Of a stretch of DNA of 60,393 nucleotides, positions 18,565 to 29,074 are shown one piece after another. The translations under genes were made by a program, and so were the position numbers. The stretch is from a virus (Duplodnaviria > Caudoviricetes). Within the stretch, counting starts at the first letter, position 1. Every line of letters begins with the position of its first letter. The stretch is taken from positions 1 to 60,393 of IMG/VR virus record IMGVR_UViG_3300046028_007120. One strand, given 5' to 3'. The notes under the pieces are model-generated. The model saw only the letters and a list, made by a program, of their open reading frames with translations, made no database searches and was not told the DNA's origin.

Positions 18565-19307
18565 AAATAGCTATACTGGTACCTTCGAGAGAGAGAATGA
18601 ATAAACGATTAACTCTTATCTCTTCTATATTAACAACAGTAAAAGATATAAATAATGTAACTTTATATTTAGGTGTTGATGAGGATGATCCAACATTAAG
18701 CTTAGCAGAAAAAATTAGCGAAGCTATACCGTTTGTAAAAATTATTAAGATACAAAATAACGGTCAGTTTTTAGGGCTAGGTAAATTGTGGAATATATTG
18801 ACTAAAGAATCTACTGAAGATATTATCTCGATGATAGGAGATGATATGGTATTTAGGACACAAAATTGGGATGAGGAAATTATAAAAGAATTTCAAAATG
18901 GACCTGCAGATAATATTAAAGCCGTTCACTGCAATGATAAATGTCATGGAGAGAAGTTAGCAGTTAATTTATTCTGTCATAGAAAGTATGTTGAAATTAT
19001 GGGACAATTTATGAGAGAAGAATTTAAAATAAACTGGGTAGATCAGTGGCTTCATCAAGTTTTTAGTGCGTTTAACAGACTAAAATATAGAGGTGATATT
19101 ATAATTGAACACATGCACTGGGTAATAGGTAAATCTTCACATGATAATACTGCAACGCGTATGGCGATTGCAGATAAAGATAAAATAAGTGATAAATTAT
19201 GGTTTGAGCTTGTACAAGAACGTATATCTGATGTTAAAACATTATCACAATATTTAAAAATACAGCCAGACTGGTCAAAAGTAGATACACAAGGAGGCAC
19301 TGTATAG
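18561..19307 (+). CDS. Glycosyltransferase family 2-like
   Basis: ILVPSRER, VDEDD, WN, GDDM, WD, IIEHMH. Confidence 0.8.
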   Translation: MKIAILVPSRERMNKRLTLISSILTTVKDINNVTLYLGVDEDDPTLSLAEKISEAIPFVKIIKIQNNGQFLGLGKLWNILTKESTEDIISMIGDDMVFRTQNWDEEIIKEFQNGPADNIKAVHCNDKCHGEKLAVNLFCHRKYVEIMGQFMREEFKINWVDQWLHQVFSAFNRLKYRGDIIIEHMHWVIGKSSHDNTATRMAIADKDKISDKLWFELVQERISDVKTLSQYLKIQPDWSKVDTQGGTV

Positions 19308-19308
19308 T

Positions 19309-19968
19309 ATGGGAGAAATTAATATACATGATGAGTTTGGCAGTCAGATAATTAAAACTGTTGAAAAATATAATTTAAATACTATTTTAGAAATTGGCTC
19401 GTGGGACGGAACAGGTTCTACTAGCTGTTTTATTCACGCTCTTGAGAAATTTACTGGAGCAAAAAAATTAACATGCTTAGAAGTTAATAAAGATAGATAT
19501 AATCAATTGGTTGACAATACTAAGCAATATGACTGGGTAGAATGTCATAATAATACCTCTATTTCTTACGATCAGCTAATCGAAAAAGACTTTAATAATA
19601 TTTGGCATTCAGAATATAATGGTATAATCATAAACCCCTTTCCTCCAACAAAGGCAAAGGCTGAAGGCTGGTTTAATGAAGATGTAGAGAATCTTAAGAA
19701 ATTTCCGACGTCATTCCTCGTGAAGGATAATTCTTTTTATAGTGGAGTATTAATTGATGGAGGAGAGTTTTTTGGTTACAGTGAATATAAAATATTAAAA
19801 GATAGAACTAATGTATTATTTTTAGATGATTATTTTTATGCAAATAAAACTAATCGAGCTGCACGAGAATTACTTCAAGATAAAGAATGGGTAGCGATTG
19901 CAGGTAACAGAAATGTTCGTAACGGATACGCGATCTTTAAACGTAAAATATTTATTAATAACCCATGA
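19309..19968 (+). CDS. SAM-dependent methyltransferase
   Basis: LEIGSWDGTGST, IDGGEF, LDD. Confidence 0.75.
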   Translation: MGEINIHDEFGSQIIKTVEKYNLNTILEIGSWDGTGSTSCFIHALEKFTGAKKLTCLEVNKDRYNQLVDNTKQYDWVECHNNTSISYDQLIEKDFNNIWHSEYNGIIINPFPPTKAKAEGWFNEDVENLKKFPTSFLVKDNSFYSGVLIDGGEFFGYSEYKILKDRTNVLFLDDYFYANKTNRAARELLQDKEWVAIAGNRNVRNGYAIFKRKIFINNP

Positions 19969-20663
19969 AAACAATTGGAATAATACAGCCGGGCAGACTA
20001 GGTGACATAATTTTATGTCTGCCTATCGCAAAATATTATAGTGATAAAGGATATAAAGTTATTTGGCCTATTTTTTCTCAATATATTAATATGTTTGAAG
20101 AGATGGTAGACTATGTTGAATTTATACCAGTATCAGCTAATATTTGTACATGTGTTAGTGAAGCTAAGCATAAGACGATTAATTGTAATAAACTATTAGA
20201 TATAGCAGCTACATTTCCTGGTAGCACGTGCACAGAGCGTTATGTAGGTTTAGGTGACGGTTTAGGCGAAATAAAAGCTGATCACTTTAAGTATATTGAA
20301 AGTGAGGTTCCTATAGAGTGTAAGTGGAATCTTTCAATTAAAAGAAACAGCGTCGCAGAAGATAATCTCTACAATCAATATGTCTTACAACCTGATTATG
20401 CAGTGAGCTGCCTTACATCGTCACAAGGTAAGCTAGATATAAAATTGGATCCGATGGGAAGACAGCTTATAGAAATGAACGAAAATCATAGTATTTTTCA
20501 TTGGTTAAAAATACTTGAGAACGCTAAAGTTTTAATACTAGTAAACAGTAGTGTTTCAAACTTAGTTGAAATGTTAAATTTTACTAATAAAAAGATACTT
20601 TTACCTAGACCAGATGGCAGACTACCTACCTTAAAAAATAAATGGCAGGAAATATACCCTTGA
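19965..20663 (+). CDS. GT9 (heptosyltransferase-like) glycosyltransferase
   Basis: GRLGDIILCLP N-terminus and ILENAK...NSS motif. Confidence 0.65.
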   Translation: MKTIGIIQPGRLGDIILCLPIAKYYSDKGYKVIWPIFSQYINMFEEMVDYVEFIPVSANICTCVSEAKHKTINCNKLLDIAATFPGSTCTERYVGLGDGLGEIKADHFKYIESEVPIECKWNLSIKRNSVAEDNLYNQYVLQPDYAVSCLTSSQGKLDIKLDPMGRQLIEMNENHSIFHWLKILENAKVLILVNSSVSNLVEMLNFTNKKILLPRPDGRLPTLKNKWQEIYP

Positions 20664-20698
20664 AATAGAGAGTATTTATATTATATTATATATAATAT

Positions 20699-21520
20699 AT
20701 GTTACGCGTTGCTTTTACCATAATATACAACGGTGATCATCATCTTGATCACAATAATTATTCTAATTTCATACCTCAAAATTTTGATCACTGGGTTATT
20801 GTAGAAGGAGCATCATTGCCTACAGGGTCTACATCATGGTGTAAAAATATTTTTACAGAAAGCGGATCGCAAGATAGTACAATTAATGCTATTCAAGCAT
20901 TAACACAAGAATATAAGAATATTACTTATGTACCGCGTAATAATAATGAATTTTGGCCTAATAAGGATGAACAAGTAAATGCAGGTATAAAAATTCTGCA
21001 AGAATATTTAAAGAATAATAACTTAGAAGAATGCTTTCTTTGGCAGATAGATATAGATGAACAGTGGTCTGCAGAGCAATTAAAACAAGCAGAAGAACAG
21101 TTAGTAGAACATAACGGTAAAACAGGGTGCTTTCTTTGTAATTACTTTGTAGGTCCAGGTCTAGTAGCTGTAGGGCAATGGGGCGAGGGAAGATCAGGTC
21201 CGTATAGAAGATTATGGCATTGGAAAGGAGAGTCATTCAGGACTCATGAGCCACCAGTGCTTGATGGTAAAAATGGTCCAGGCCTGCTACTTAAGCCGAA
21301 ATTCAACCACTACGCTTATTTCTTCGAGAAAGATGTAATATTTAAGGAGAAATATTATGGTTATAATGACTTAGTTAATAAATGGATAAAACTTCAAACA
21401 ATACAAGATAATAAGGTTCATATATCCTCTCTTCTAGACATATATACAAATCACTGGGCCAACTCAGATACATTTATAATCAAATATAATAATGAAAGCA
21501 GCAATACTAACACACCTTAA
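20699..21520 (+). CDS. GT-A fold glycosyltransferase
   Basis: VEGA, SQDST, K..QVN, WQIDIDE (DxD), THEPP, HYAY. Confidence 0.72.
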   Translation: MLRVAFTIIYNGDHHLDHNNYSNFIPQNFDHWVIVEGASLPTGSTSWCKNIFTESGSQDSTINAIQALTQEYKNITYVPRNNNEFWPNKDEQVNAGIKILQEYLKNNNLEECFLWQIDIDEQWSAEQLKQAEEQLVEHNGKTGCFLCNYFVGPGLVAVGQWGEGRSGPYRRLWHWKGESFRTHEPPVLDGKNGPGLLLKPKFNHYAYFFEKDVIFKEKYYGYNDLVNKWIKLQTIQDNKVHISSLLDIYTNHWANSDTFIIKYNNESSNTNTP

Positions 21521-22508
21521 TCGACCTCTATCTGTTGAAGATATTGAACTTACACCTCTCGATTTAGGTCAAGTACTTGTAAAGGTTCTAATGAGTGGAA
21601 TCTGTGGATCACAACTTCAAGAAATTAGAGGTGAAAAAAACAATGAAAAATTTCTGCCACACCTATTAGGGCATGAAGGTTGTGGTATTGTTCAAGACGT
21701 AGGTGCAGGTGTTACAAAGGTTAAGAAAGGAAATAAAGTCATAATGCATTGGCGTAAAGGTCAAGGTATTGAGTCACCATTTCCAAGATATGTGTATAAA
21801 AGTAAAAATATTTCTGGAGGGAAAGTCACTACATTAAGTGAATATTCTATTGCTTCTGAAAATCGATTAACTGTAGTAGATAACGATACACCTGCAGAAC
21901 TATGTGCTCTTTTAGGTTGCGGTTTATCTACTGCACTAGGGGTTGTTAATTATGATGCAAATATAAAGTTTGGGGAAAATGTATTGATTTTAGGATGTGG
22001 TGGTATTGGTATTAATCTTTTACTAGGCTGTAAACTAGCTAACTGTGGAAAAGCTTATATAATTGATCGTGAATTAAGTAAGCAACAATTAGCTGAAGCA
22101 AATGGTGGTATATTCATTAGTAGCTTGTCTGAAATAACAGATAAAATAGATTGTATTATAGATACTGTAGGTAGTATGACGCTATTATCGGAAAGCTTAC
22201 CATTACTTACTGATTACGGTAGAGCTATCTTAATATGTCAACCTAAAAAAGAAGAAGGTCTTTATTTTACTAACCCAATTAATTTCTTTGCTGGTGAAGG
22301 TCAAACAATACGAGCAACACAAGGTGGTGGGGTTTTACCAGATCGTGACTTTAAACGATATGTAGAATTATACAACCAGGGTAAGATCAATCTCGACAAT
22401 ATTGTAACCCATACACTGCCGTTAGAAAATGTAAATGAAGGTATTGAACTAGTAAAATTAGGCAAAGCAGGTAGAGTTTTAATTAAATTTGATAATATTA
22501 GTAATTGA
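21492..22508 (+). CDS. Zn-dependent medium-chain alcohol dehydrogenase
   Basis: GICGS, GHEGCG, LGCGLST, GCGGIG. Confidence 0.9.
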   Translation: MKAAILTHLNRPLSVEDIELTPLDLGQVLVKVLMSGICGSQLQEIRGEKNNEKFLPHLLGHEGCGIVQDVGAGVTKVKKGNKVIMHWRKGQGIESPFPRYVYKSKNISGGKVTTLSEYSIASENRLTVVDNDTPAELCALLGCGLSTALGVVNYDANIKFGENVLILGCGGIGINLLLGCKLANCGKAYIIDRELSKQQLAEANGGIFISSLSEITDKIDCIIDTVGSMTLLSESLPLLTDYGRAILICQPKKEEGLYFTNPINFFAGEGQTIRATQGGGVLPDRDFKRYVELYNQGKINLDNIVTHTLPLENVNEGIELVKLGKAGRVLIKFDNISN

Positions 22509-22536
22509 TTTTTTAAAAACAATAATATATTAGTAT

Positions 22537-23739
22537 ATGAGAAAAAACTGGTCAAAACAGGAACTTATTGATTTTGAGAATAGAATAGGAGATCATTATC
22601 TAGATAATAAACTACCCTTTCTTTTTCATCTCTCAGGAGGTAATGAAGATCAACTAATTAATATCTTTAAAGATATTAAAGAAGGAGATTATGTTATTTC
22701 TAATCATAGAAGTCACTACCACGCATTACTACATGGTATACCACCTGAAACAGTAGAGCAACATATTTTAGAAGGAAGAAGTATGTTTATCTACGATAGA
22801 GATCGTAACTTTTTTTGCTCAGCTATCATTGGCGCTACACCTGCTATCGCTGCTGGTATAGCCTGGGCACTTAAACGTAAAGGATCAACTCAACGAGTCT
22901 GGTGCTTTATTGGTGACGGTACAGAGGATTCAGGTCATACATACGAAGCTGTTAGATACGTCGATGGTTGGGATTTACCATGTACCTTCGTTATCGAAAA
23001 TAACGATAGATCTGTTGAAACTACAAATTCCGAAAGATGGGGAACTACAGGAGATTATAAATGGTCATCACCAAATGTATTGAAGTATTATTATGATATT
23101 ACATACCCTCACGCACGTAAACCGGGTATGATTGACTTAACAAAAGCTATTAGAAAAACAGATGAGGAATACTTTCCTCTATTGCAAGATATAAAAAACA
23201 CTAATCTTATAAAAGATATAGAAGATAATATTTCTTACAAAGATGCTATTAATCTCTCAATGAAAGAATTAGGGGATGCAGGAGCTATTTTTATTGGGTA
23301 TAATGTATTAAGAGGTGATGCTATGGGAACTTTAAAAGGTATTGATAATAGTCAAAAACTTGAAACTCCAGTGGCTGAAAATTTAATGACGGGTCTTGCT
23401 ATTGGTATGTCGTTTGAGAAATTTTTACCTGTTATTTACTTTGAACGACATGACTTTATGCTTGTTGCTTTAGATGCTATCGGCAATCATATTGATAAAA
23501 TTGAGCGTATATCACATGGAGAATATAAGGTACCAATTATAATAAGGGCAGTAACCGCAGATGGAGGACCATTTTACTCTGGACCAACTCATTCACAAGA
23601 TTTTACTAATGTATTAAAAGAGCTAGTAAGCTTTCCAGTAATTGATCCTACGTTAGGTAAAGAAGTACTAAATGCATTTAGAAATGCAAAACAAAGTGGT
23701 AGACCAGCTATTATTATAGAGAGAAAGAGTAGGTATTAA
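22537..23739 (+). CDS. Fused TPP-dependent enzyme (E1-alpha-like PP domain plus E1-beta/transketolase Pyr domain)
   Basis: HLSGGNE, HRSH, GDG...ENN TPP motif, then ETPVAENLMTGLAIG and GPTHSQ. Confidence 0.88.
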   Translation: MRKNWSKQELIDFENRIGDHYLDNKLPFLFHLSGGNEDQLINIFKDIKEGDYVISNHRSHYHALLHGIPPETVEQHILEGRSMFIYDRDRNFFCSAIIGATPAIAAGIAWALKRKGSTQRVWCFIGDGTEDSGHTYEAVRYVDGWDLPCTFVIENNDRSVETTNSERWGTTGDYKWSSPNVLKYYYDITYPHARKPGMIDLTKAIRKTDEEYFPLLQDIKNTNLIKDIEDNISYKDAINLSMKELGDAGAIFIGYNVLRGDAMGTLKGIDNSQKLETPVAENLMTGLAIGMSFEKFLPVIYFERHDFMLVALDAIGNHIDKIERISHGEYKVPIIIRAVTADGGPFYSGPTHSQDFTNVLKELVSFPVIDPTLGKEVLNAFRNAKQSGRPAIIIERKSRY

Positions 23740-23746
23740 TTATTAA

Positions 23747-24484
23747 ATGAAAAAAGAAATTCTTGTAATAGGTGATAGCTGTATAGATATTTTTGTACAT
23801 TGTAAATGTGTAAGAATATGTCCAGAATCACCCGTGCCGTTATTAGAGATTGAAAAGCAAATTGAAAACGGCGGTATGGCTATGAATGTATATAATAACA
23901 TACTTAGCTTAGGTACTAGTTGTGATATTGTAACAAATAATAATTGGAGAAACATTAAAAAGATTAGGTATGTTGATAATCATACCAATCATATGTTTAT
24001 ACGTATAGATCAAGCAGAGAAAACAAATAGAATCGATCTAGATACTTTAGATTTAAATTATAATATTATAATTATATCTGATTATAATAAGGGATTCTTA
24101 ACCGAAGAAGATATAGAATGGATTACTAATCATCATAATTGTGTGTTTATAGATACAAAAAAACATTTAGGATCATGGATAAATCTAGCTAAATATATTA
24201 AAATTAATAATATAGAATATTCTTTCTCAAAAAATGTTATTACTCCAAGTTTAAATGCTAAAATTATTCAAACTCAAGGAAAGAGTGGTTGCACGTTTAA
24301 CGGTAAGCAATATCCTGTTGATCCAGTATCAGTAATTGATGTAGCTGGTGCAGGTGATACATTTTTAGCAAGTCTAGCAACAAAATATTTAATTAATAAT
24401 AATATTGATGAATCAATTATTTTTGCAAACTTATGTGCATCAAGAGTTGTACAAGAGAGAGGAGTTACAACAATAACGATATGA
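23747..24484 (+). CDS. PfkB-family sugar kinase (HldE/RfaE kinase domain-like)
   Basis: VIGDSCID, PESPVP, GGMAMNV, ISDYNKG, DVAGAGDTF. Confidence 0.88.
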   Translation: MKKEILVIGDSCIDIFVHCKCVRICPESPVPLLEIEKQIENGGMAMNVYNNILSLGTSCDIVTNNNWRNIKKIRYVDNHTNHMFIRIDQAEKTNRIDLDTLDLNYNIIIISDYNKGFLTEEDIEWITNHHNCVFIDTKKHLGSWINLAKYIKINNIEYSFSKNVITPSLNAKIIQTQGKSGCTFNGKQYPVDPVSVIDVAGAGDTFLASLATKYLINNNIDESIIFANLCASRVVQERGVTTITI

Positions 24485-25215
24485 GTAAAGTTATAGCTGA
24501 ATGCTTACCGGGTATAGGTCTTGGAAATAAAATGTTCATAAATGCATTTGCATATATTATATCTAAAGTTACAGGTAAAGAATTTGTACCAATTTATATA
24601 GAATATTTTAAAAATACTCATACTGATCATAATAATTTAATATTAGACAATCCTTTATATACTTTACCTTACGGTAACAACTATGTTAACTTAAATGAAC
24701 TATATAATCACCCTGGTGATATAGTTATTAATTCTTATGTACAGAGACAAGAGTACTATACTGAATATAGAGAAGATCTTAGAGATTTTTTTCGCGAAGT
24801 AGCTTATAATGGAATACAGTCCGATAATACTGTTTTACATATTAGAAATGGTGATTATAGAGCTATAGGTGAATATTTAGGTCTAGATAACTATATTAAG
24901 TTTATAGATACAGTAGGATGTCAAGATTTAACTATTGTAGTTGAACATATTGATGATGACGTAAAAGAGTTGGCAAAAAAATATAATGCAACTATTTACA
25001 GTAAGAGTATACTAGAAGATTTTATTTATATAAAAAATGCTGGTACTGCTCTTATCTCTCAGTCAACTTTTGCGTGGTGGGCTGTATTTTTAGGTGAACC
25101 AACTGCGGTATATTTTCCTTTTACACAAACCAATAAAATGTGGAAAGAAACTCCAGAACAAGACGATATTGATTTATTCTTTTGTACGACTAAATCATAT
25201 AAAATAATTATATGA
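24481..25215 (+). CDS. GT11 alpha-1,2-fucosyltransferase-like
   Basis: GLGNKMF, HIRNGDY, STFAWWA. Start adjusted. Confidence 0.85.
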   Translation: MSKVIAECLPGIGLGNKMFINAFAYIISKVTGKEFVPIYIEYFKNTHTDHNNLILDNPLYTLPYGNNYVNLNELYNHPGDIVINSYVQRQEYYTEYREDLRDFFREVAYNGIQSDNTVLHIRNGDYRAIGEYLGLDNYIKFIDTVGCQDLTIVVEHIDDDVKELAKKYNATIYSKSILEDFIYIKNAGTALISQSTFAWWAVFLGEPTAVYFPFTQTNKMWKETPEQDDIDLFFCTTKSYKIII

Positions 25216-26009
25216 GTAGTATACCGAATGACATAGTGGTTGAGAAAAATATATGGGGTAATTTTGATGAAGGAATGCAATTCTCATCGGGTTATAAGCA
25301 AAAAGAACAAATAAAAAAATGGGATACTTTAAAATCTCGATACAATCAAATAAAAGACATAAATTTAGTTGAACAAAAGATACCTAAAATTATACATCAA
25401 ATATGGTTAGGTGGAAAAATGCCGGAATTTGAGGCAGAGTTATGTGATCAAATAAAGAAAAACAAAGGTGAAGATTGGCAATATATTTTATGGACAGAAG
25501 AATCTATTAAGAATCTTAAAAATTTTAAAAATATCGATTTTTATAATATAAGTCAAAATGTAGGTCAAAAATCTGATTTATTAAGATATGCTATATTATA
25601 TGAATATGGAGGTGTATATTTAGATACAGATTTCTTATTAATAAAAAACTTTGATCAATTTTTAGGTTTAGATTTCTTTTGCGGTATATCATACGACAGT
25701 GAACCTAATGTTTTTAATGGACTTATAGGTAGCTCTATAGGTAATAAAATTATTGAAAGTCTTTTAACATTAGATAAGCCACTTACCTATGCTGATCCAA
25801 TGTCTTTAATGGATTCTACAGGTCCATTTTTTTTAACGCGTAAAGTATTTGAAAATATAGATGATAATCCTCTTGTTGTAGCACTACCTAATTCTTTTTT
25901 CTATCCATTTCCTAACTTTAACCGAGATCAACTACTAGGTCCGCAGTATACAAATTATATTAAGTCTGAAACTATATGCTGTCATATGTGGTCAAGTAGA
26001 TGGATGTAA
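25212..26009 (+). CDS. GT32 (OCH1-like, DxD) glycosyltransferase
   Basis: IPKIIHQIWLG, SDLLRY..LY.YGGVYLDTD, TGP. Confidence 0.9.
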   Translation: MSSIPNDIVVEKNIWGNFDEGMQFSSGYKQKEQIKKWDTLKSRYNQIKDINLVEQKIPKIIHQIWLGGKMPEFEAELCDQIKKNKGEDWQYILWTEESIKNLKNFKNIDFYNISQNVGQKSDLLRYAILYEYGGVYLDTDFLLIKNFDQFLGLDFFCGISYDSEPNVFNGLIGSSIGNKIIESLLTLDKPLTYADPMSLMDSTGPFFLTRKVFENIDDNPLVVALPNSFFYPFPNFNRDQLLGPQYTNYIKSETICCHMWSSRWM

Positions 26010-26860
26010 TTTATATGAATTCTAACAAGATAATATCAGGAGAATTATTTCAATCATTAGCACAGATATGTTTATATGATGAGATGACAGACTTAATTAG
26101 AAATCAGAATAATAGCTTACCTCAAAATCTGGTAAAAATGTCTGATTTAAAAGCTGAAGATATAACAAGCTATAAGATAATATATGTATACACTCAGTTT
26201 TTAGATGCTTTTTTTAATAAATTTTTTGATTTTTTATCAAACGACACAATTTTAATATCTCATAACTCAGATCTTGGTATACATAGCAATTATATAAAAT
26301 ATCTTAATAGCGATAAAATAAAAAAATGGTACTGCCAAAACAGAGAAACATATCATCCTAAATTATTCTCATTACCTATTGGTCTAGCAAACAGTCAATG
26401 GCCTCATGGAAATCAAGATTTAATAACTTCTATTAGAGAGGAAAACAATAGTAAGGAGATATTAGTATATAAAAATTTTGATATAAGTACTAACTATGGT
26501 GAGAGACAAATTTGTAATAGTATTACAAATAATAGTGGTATACCTCTTTCAAACAAAACGTCTATAGAAGAATACTGGCGGTTTTTGTCAAAGAGTGTTT
26601 TTGTTATTTCTCCTCCTGGTAACGGTATAGACTGTCATAGAATATGGGAATCACTCCTTTTAAGGTGTAGTCCTATTGTACTATCTAATGAGAGTTTTTC
26701 TGAATTTAAAGATCTACCTATTTTATTCGTAAATTCATGGGAAGAGGTAACTTTAGATTTCTTAAAAAATAACGTATATAAATATTCTGCAATGTTCAAT
26801 AATGATATACCACAATTAATAATTGAATATTGGGATAAAAAAATAAACAATTATAATTAA
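26000..26860 (+). CDS. Exostosin/GT47-like glycosyltransferase
   Basis: HNSD, LPIGLAN, FVISPPGNGIDCHRIWE. Confidence 0.75.
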   Translation: MDVIYMNSNKIISGELFQSLAQICLYDEMTDLIRNQNNSLPQNLVKMSDLKAEDITSYKIIYVYTQFLDAFFNKFFDFLSNDTILISHNSDLGIHSNYIKYLNSDKIKKWYCQNRETYHPKLFSLPIGLANSQWPHGNQDLITSIREENNSKEILVYKNFDISTNYGERQICNSITNNSGIPLSNKTSIEEYWRFLSKSVFVISPPGNGIDCHRIWESLLLRCSPIVLSNESFSEFKDLPILFVNSWEEVTLDFLKNNVYKYSAMFNNDIPQLIIEYWDKKINNYN

Positions 26861-26873
26861 CCAACATATTAAA

Positions 26874-27578
26874 ATGAAACCCCTATCACATCTCAAGATA
26901 CAAGAATTATATAAAAAATTTGTAGCTGTAAACTATACTGACGAATATAGAGATCGTTATGTTAATTTACCATTACATAAAAATAATAGAAAGTGGAGAT
27001 GGGAAGGTAAAGATTTTCCACGTATTATATCTCTACTGGAATTTGAGAGATATATTGAAAAGTATAATTTTGATATTAATAAATTATTAATTTTTAATGG
27101 AGAAATTGATCCTGAGTTAGAATATTTAACCGGTAGAGTTAAAAATATTGATAATATAAATTATCAAGATGATACTTTAAACAATGACTTACATACTCTA
27201 AATTTACCAACCAAAGATTATGATTTTGTGTGTTTACATCAAACATTAGAACATATTTATAATCCTCAACAATGTCTTAAAAATATACAAAATCATATGA
27301 AGCAAGGAGGATATTTATATATTAATGTCCCTGCATGTAATATACCTCATAGTGAACCATATCATTATTTTACTGGTTATACACCAATGGGATTAGCAGC
27401 AATAGCAGAGCAATTAGATTTTGAAATATTAGAGGTTGGTCAGTGGGGAAATCTTGATTATCATCTAAAATTATGGACAAGAAATCCTGGATGGAGTGAT
27501 TATACTCAATTAAATAACCCTGGTCTTAATCAAATTGAAAATCCTATAATTACATGGATTCTTTTAAGAAAAAAATAA
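26874..27578 (+). CDS. Class I SAM-dependent methyltransferase-like
   Basis: YDFVCLHQTLEHIYNP...GGYLYINVP. Confidence 0.75.
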   Translation: MKPLSHLKIQELYKKFVAVNYTDEYRDRYVNLPLHKNNRKWRWEGKDFPRIISLLEFERYIEKYNFDINKLLIFNGEIDPELEYLTGRVKNIDNINYQDDTLNNDLHTLNLPTKDYDFVCLHQTLEHIYNPQQCLKNIQNHMKQGGYLYINVPACNIPHSEPYHYFTGYTPMGLAAIAEQLDFEILEVGQWGNLDYHLKLWTRNPGWSDYTQLNNPGLNQIENPIITWILLRKK

Positions 27579-27579
27579 T

Positions 27580-28413
27580 ATGATAGGTATTATTAGTTTA
27601 GATACTATATGTAGTGTAGGGCATAGCTTATTTAATAATTTTAGACTTGCTCTTAAAAATTACCTACAGCAGCCACTGATCGATATCAGTTCTATTATTA
27701 ATCTTAATAACATTAACACGTTAATAATTGTAGACGAGCACTATATTCCTCATAAACAAATATGGCAAAATGACTCTTTTATTAACGCGATAAATGAAAA
27801 AAATATTAAGGTTATAATATTTAATTTTGAAAAAATATATAATAGTCAATTTCCGTGGAATATAGAGATTCAAAACTTTGTAGAAAGGATTAAAAATCGT
27901 GTACAATATGTTTCAGATATAAAAGATGCAGAGATACTAAAAATACCATTTATTAATAAGCAATTATTATCAAAGAGTACACATCTCGCAGATGTAATTG
28001 AGAATAAGTCAGATGATATACTATTTATTGGTCAGATAAATGAATACTATCCAGCTAGAGCTGCACTACTACATGAATTACAGTCTGTAAATAGTAAAAT
28101 AAAAATTATAAAGACAGATCGAAAATATAGTTACACAGAGTTTATAAATATATTAAATAAAACTAAATATATTTTAAATCCTCTTGGTACTGGAGAATTT
28201 ATTAATTTAAGATTTTATGAAGCATTAAATTTAGGTTGCACAGTAATACAACAGTATACTGATGAAATGGAAAAATGGTATCCGGAGTTAAATCAGTCTA
28301 ATGTTTTAAAGTTTAAAACTGTAGATGACTTTAAAAACTTAAATTTTAGCTCAGCTGCTACTTTTAAACAAAAATTCCTAGAAGATTATTTTAGTGAAAT
28401 CAATCTAATATAA
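27580..28413 (+). CDS. GT-B glycosyltransferase (Glyco_trans_1_2/exostosin-like C-terminus)
   Basis: ILFIGQ, R..LL, ILNPLG..NLRFYEAL. Confidence 0.65.
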   Translation: MIGIISLDTICSVGHSLFNNFRLALKNYLQQPLIDISSIINLNNINTLIIVDEHYIPHKQIWQNDSFINAINEKNIKVIIFNFEKIYNSQFPWNIEIQNFVERIKNRVQYVSDIKDAEILKIPFINKQLLSKSTHLADVIENKSDDILFIGQINEYYPARAALLHELQSVNSKIKIIKTDRKYSYTEFINILNKTKYILNPLGTGEFINLRFYEALNLGCTVIQQYTDEMEKWYPELNQSNVLKFKTVDDFKNLNFSSAATFKQKFLEDYFSEINLI

Positions 28414-28415
28414 AA

Positions 28416-29030
28416 ATGAATACACAAATAATGTTTGATATAGGAGCGCACGAAGGTCAATCCTCAATCTTTAAAGCAGTAGAGAATGAAAATTTGCATG
28501 TATATGCATTTGAACCTGTAGCTAAATTAGCAGATGATATAAAAACTAAAACAAATAATTTAAAAAATTATACATTAGTATCTAAAGCGGTCTCAGATTA
28601 CAATGGTGAAGCTTTTTTTAACGTTAGAGGTGAAGGTGACTGGGGGCAAGGTTCTTTATCAGATTTTACGAGTAATATCGATACAGTATGGCCTGACTCT
28701 AATCTAAGATTTACAGATAAAATAAAGGTTGAGGTAATCAGACTAGATACTTTTATTGAGCAACATAATATTGAAAGAATTAATTATTTACATATAGATG
28801 CACAGGGTGGTGATTTAAGAGTTCTTAAAGGTCTAGGCAAATATATATCTATCGTGGATAAAGGAGTTGTAGAGGCTTCTAATCCTGATAAAATATATTA
28901 TACAGATCAGAACACCGTAGATAGTACAGTTGATTTTCTTAATAAAGCCGGTTTTGATATCATTAGCATTGATTCGAATGATAATATATCAAATGAATAT
29001 AATATACACTTTGAAGCTAAAAGGAATTAG
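28416..29030 (+). CDS. FkbM-family methyltransferase
   Basis: FDIGAHEG, AFEP, AVSD, RLD, HIDAQGGDL. Confidence 0.88.
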   Translation: MNTQIMFDIGAHEGQSSIFKAVENENLHVYAFEPVAKLADDIKTKTNNLKNYTLVSKAVSDYNGEAFFNVRGEGDWGQGSLSDFTSNIDTVWPDSNLRFTDKIKVEVIRLDTFIEQHNIERINYLHIDAQGGDLRVLKGLGKYISIVDKGVVEASNPDKIYYTDQNTVDSTVDFLNKAGFDIISIDSNDNISNEYNIHFEAKRN

Positions 29031-29074
29031 ATACATGTAAGGTGAAAGTATCTTATTTATTAGATCTATAGATT

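Noticed and set aside
22537-23739. Pyruvate dehydrogenase auxiliary metabolic gene
   Set aside because: It is a truncated fusion without E2/E3 and is embedded in a sugar-modification cluster.
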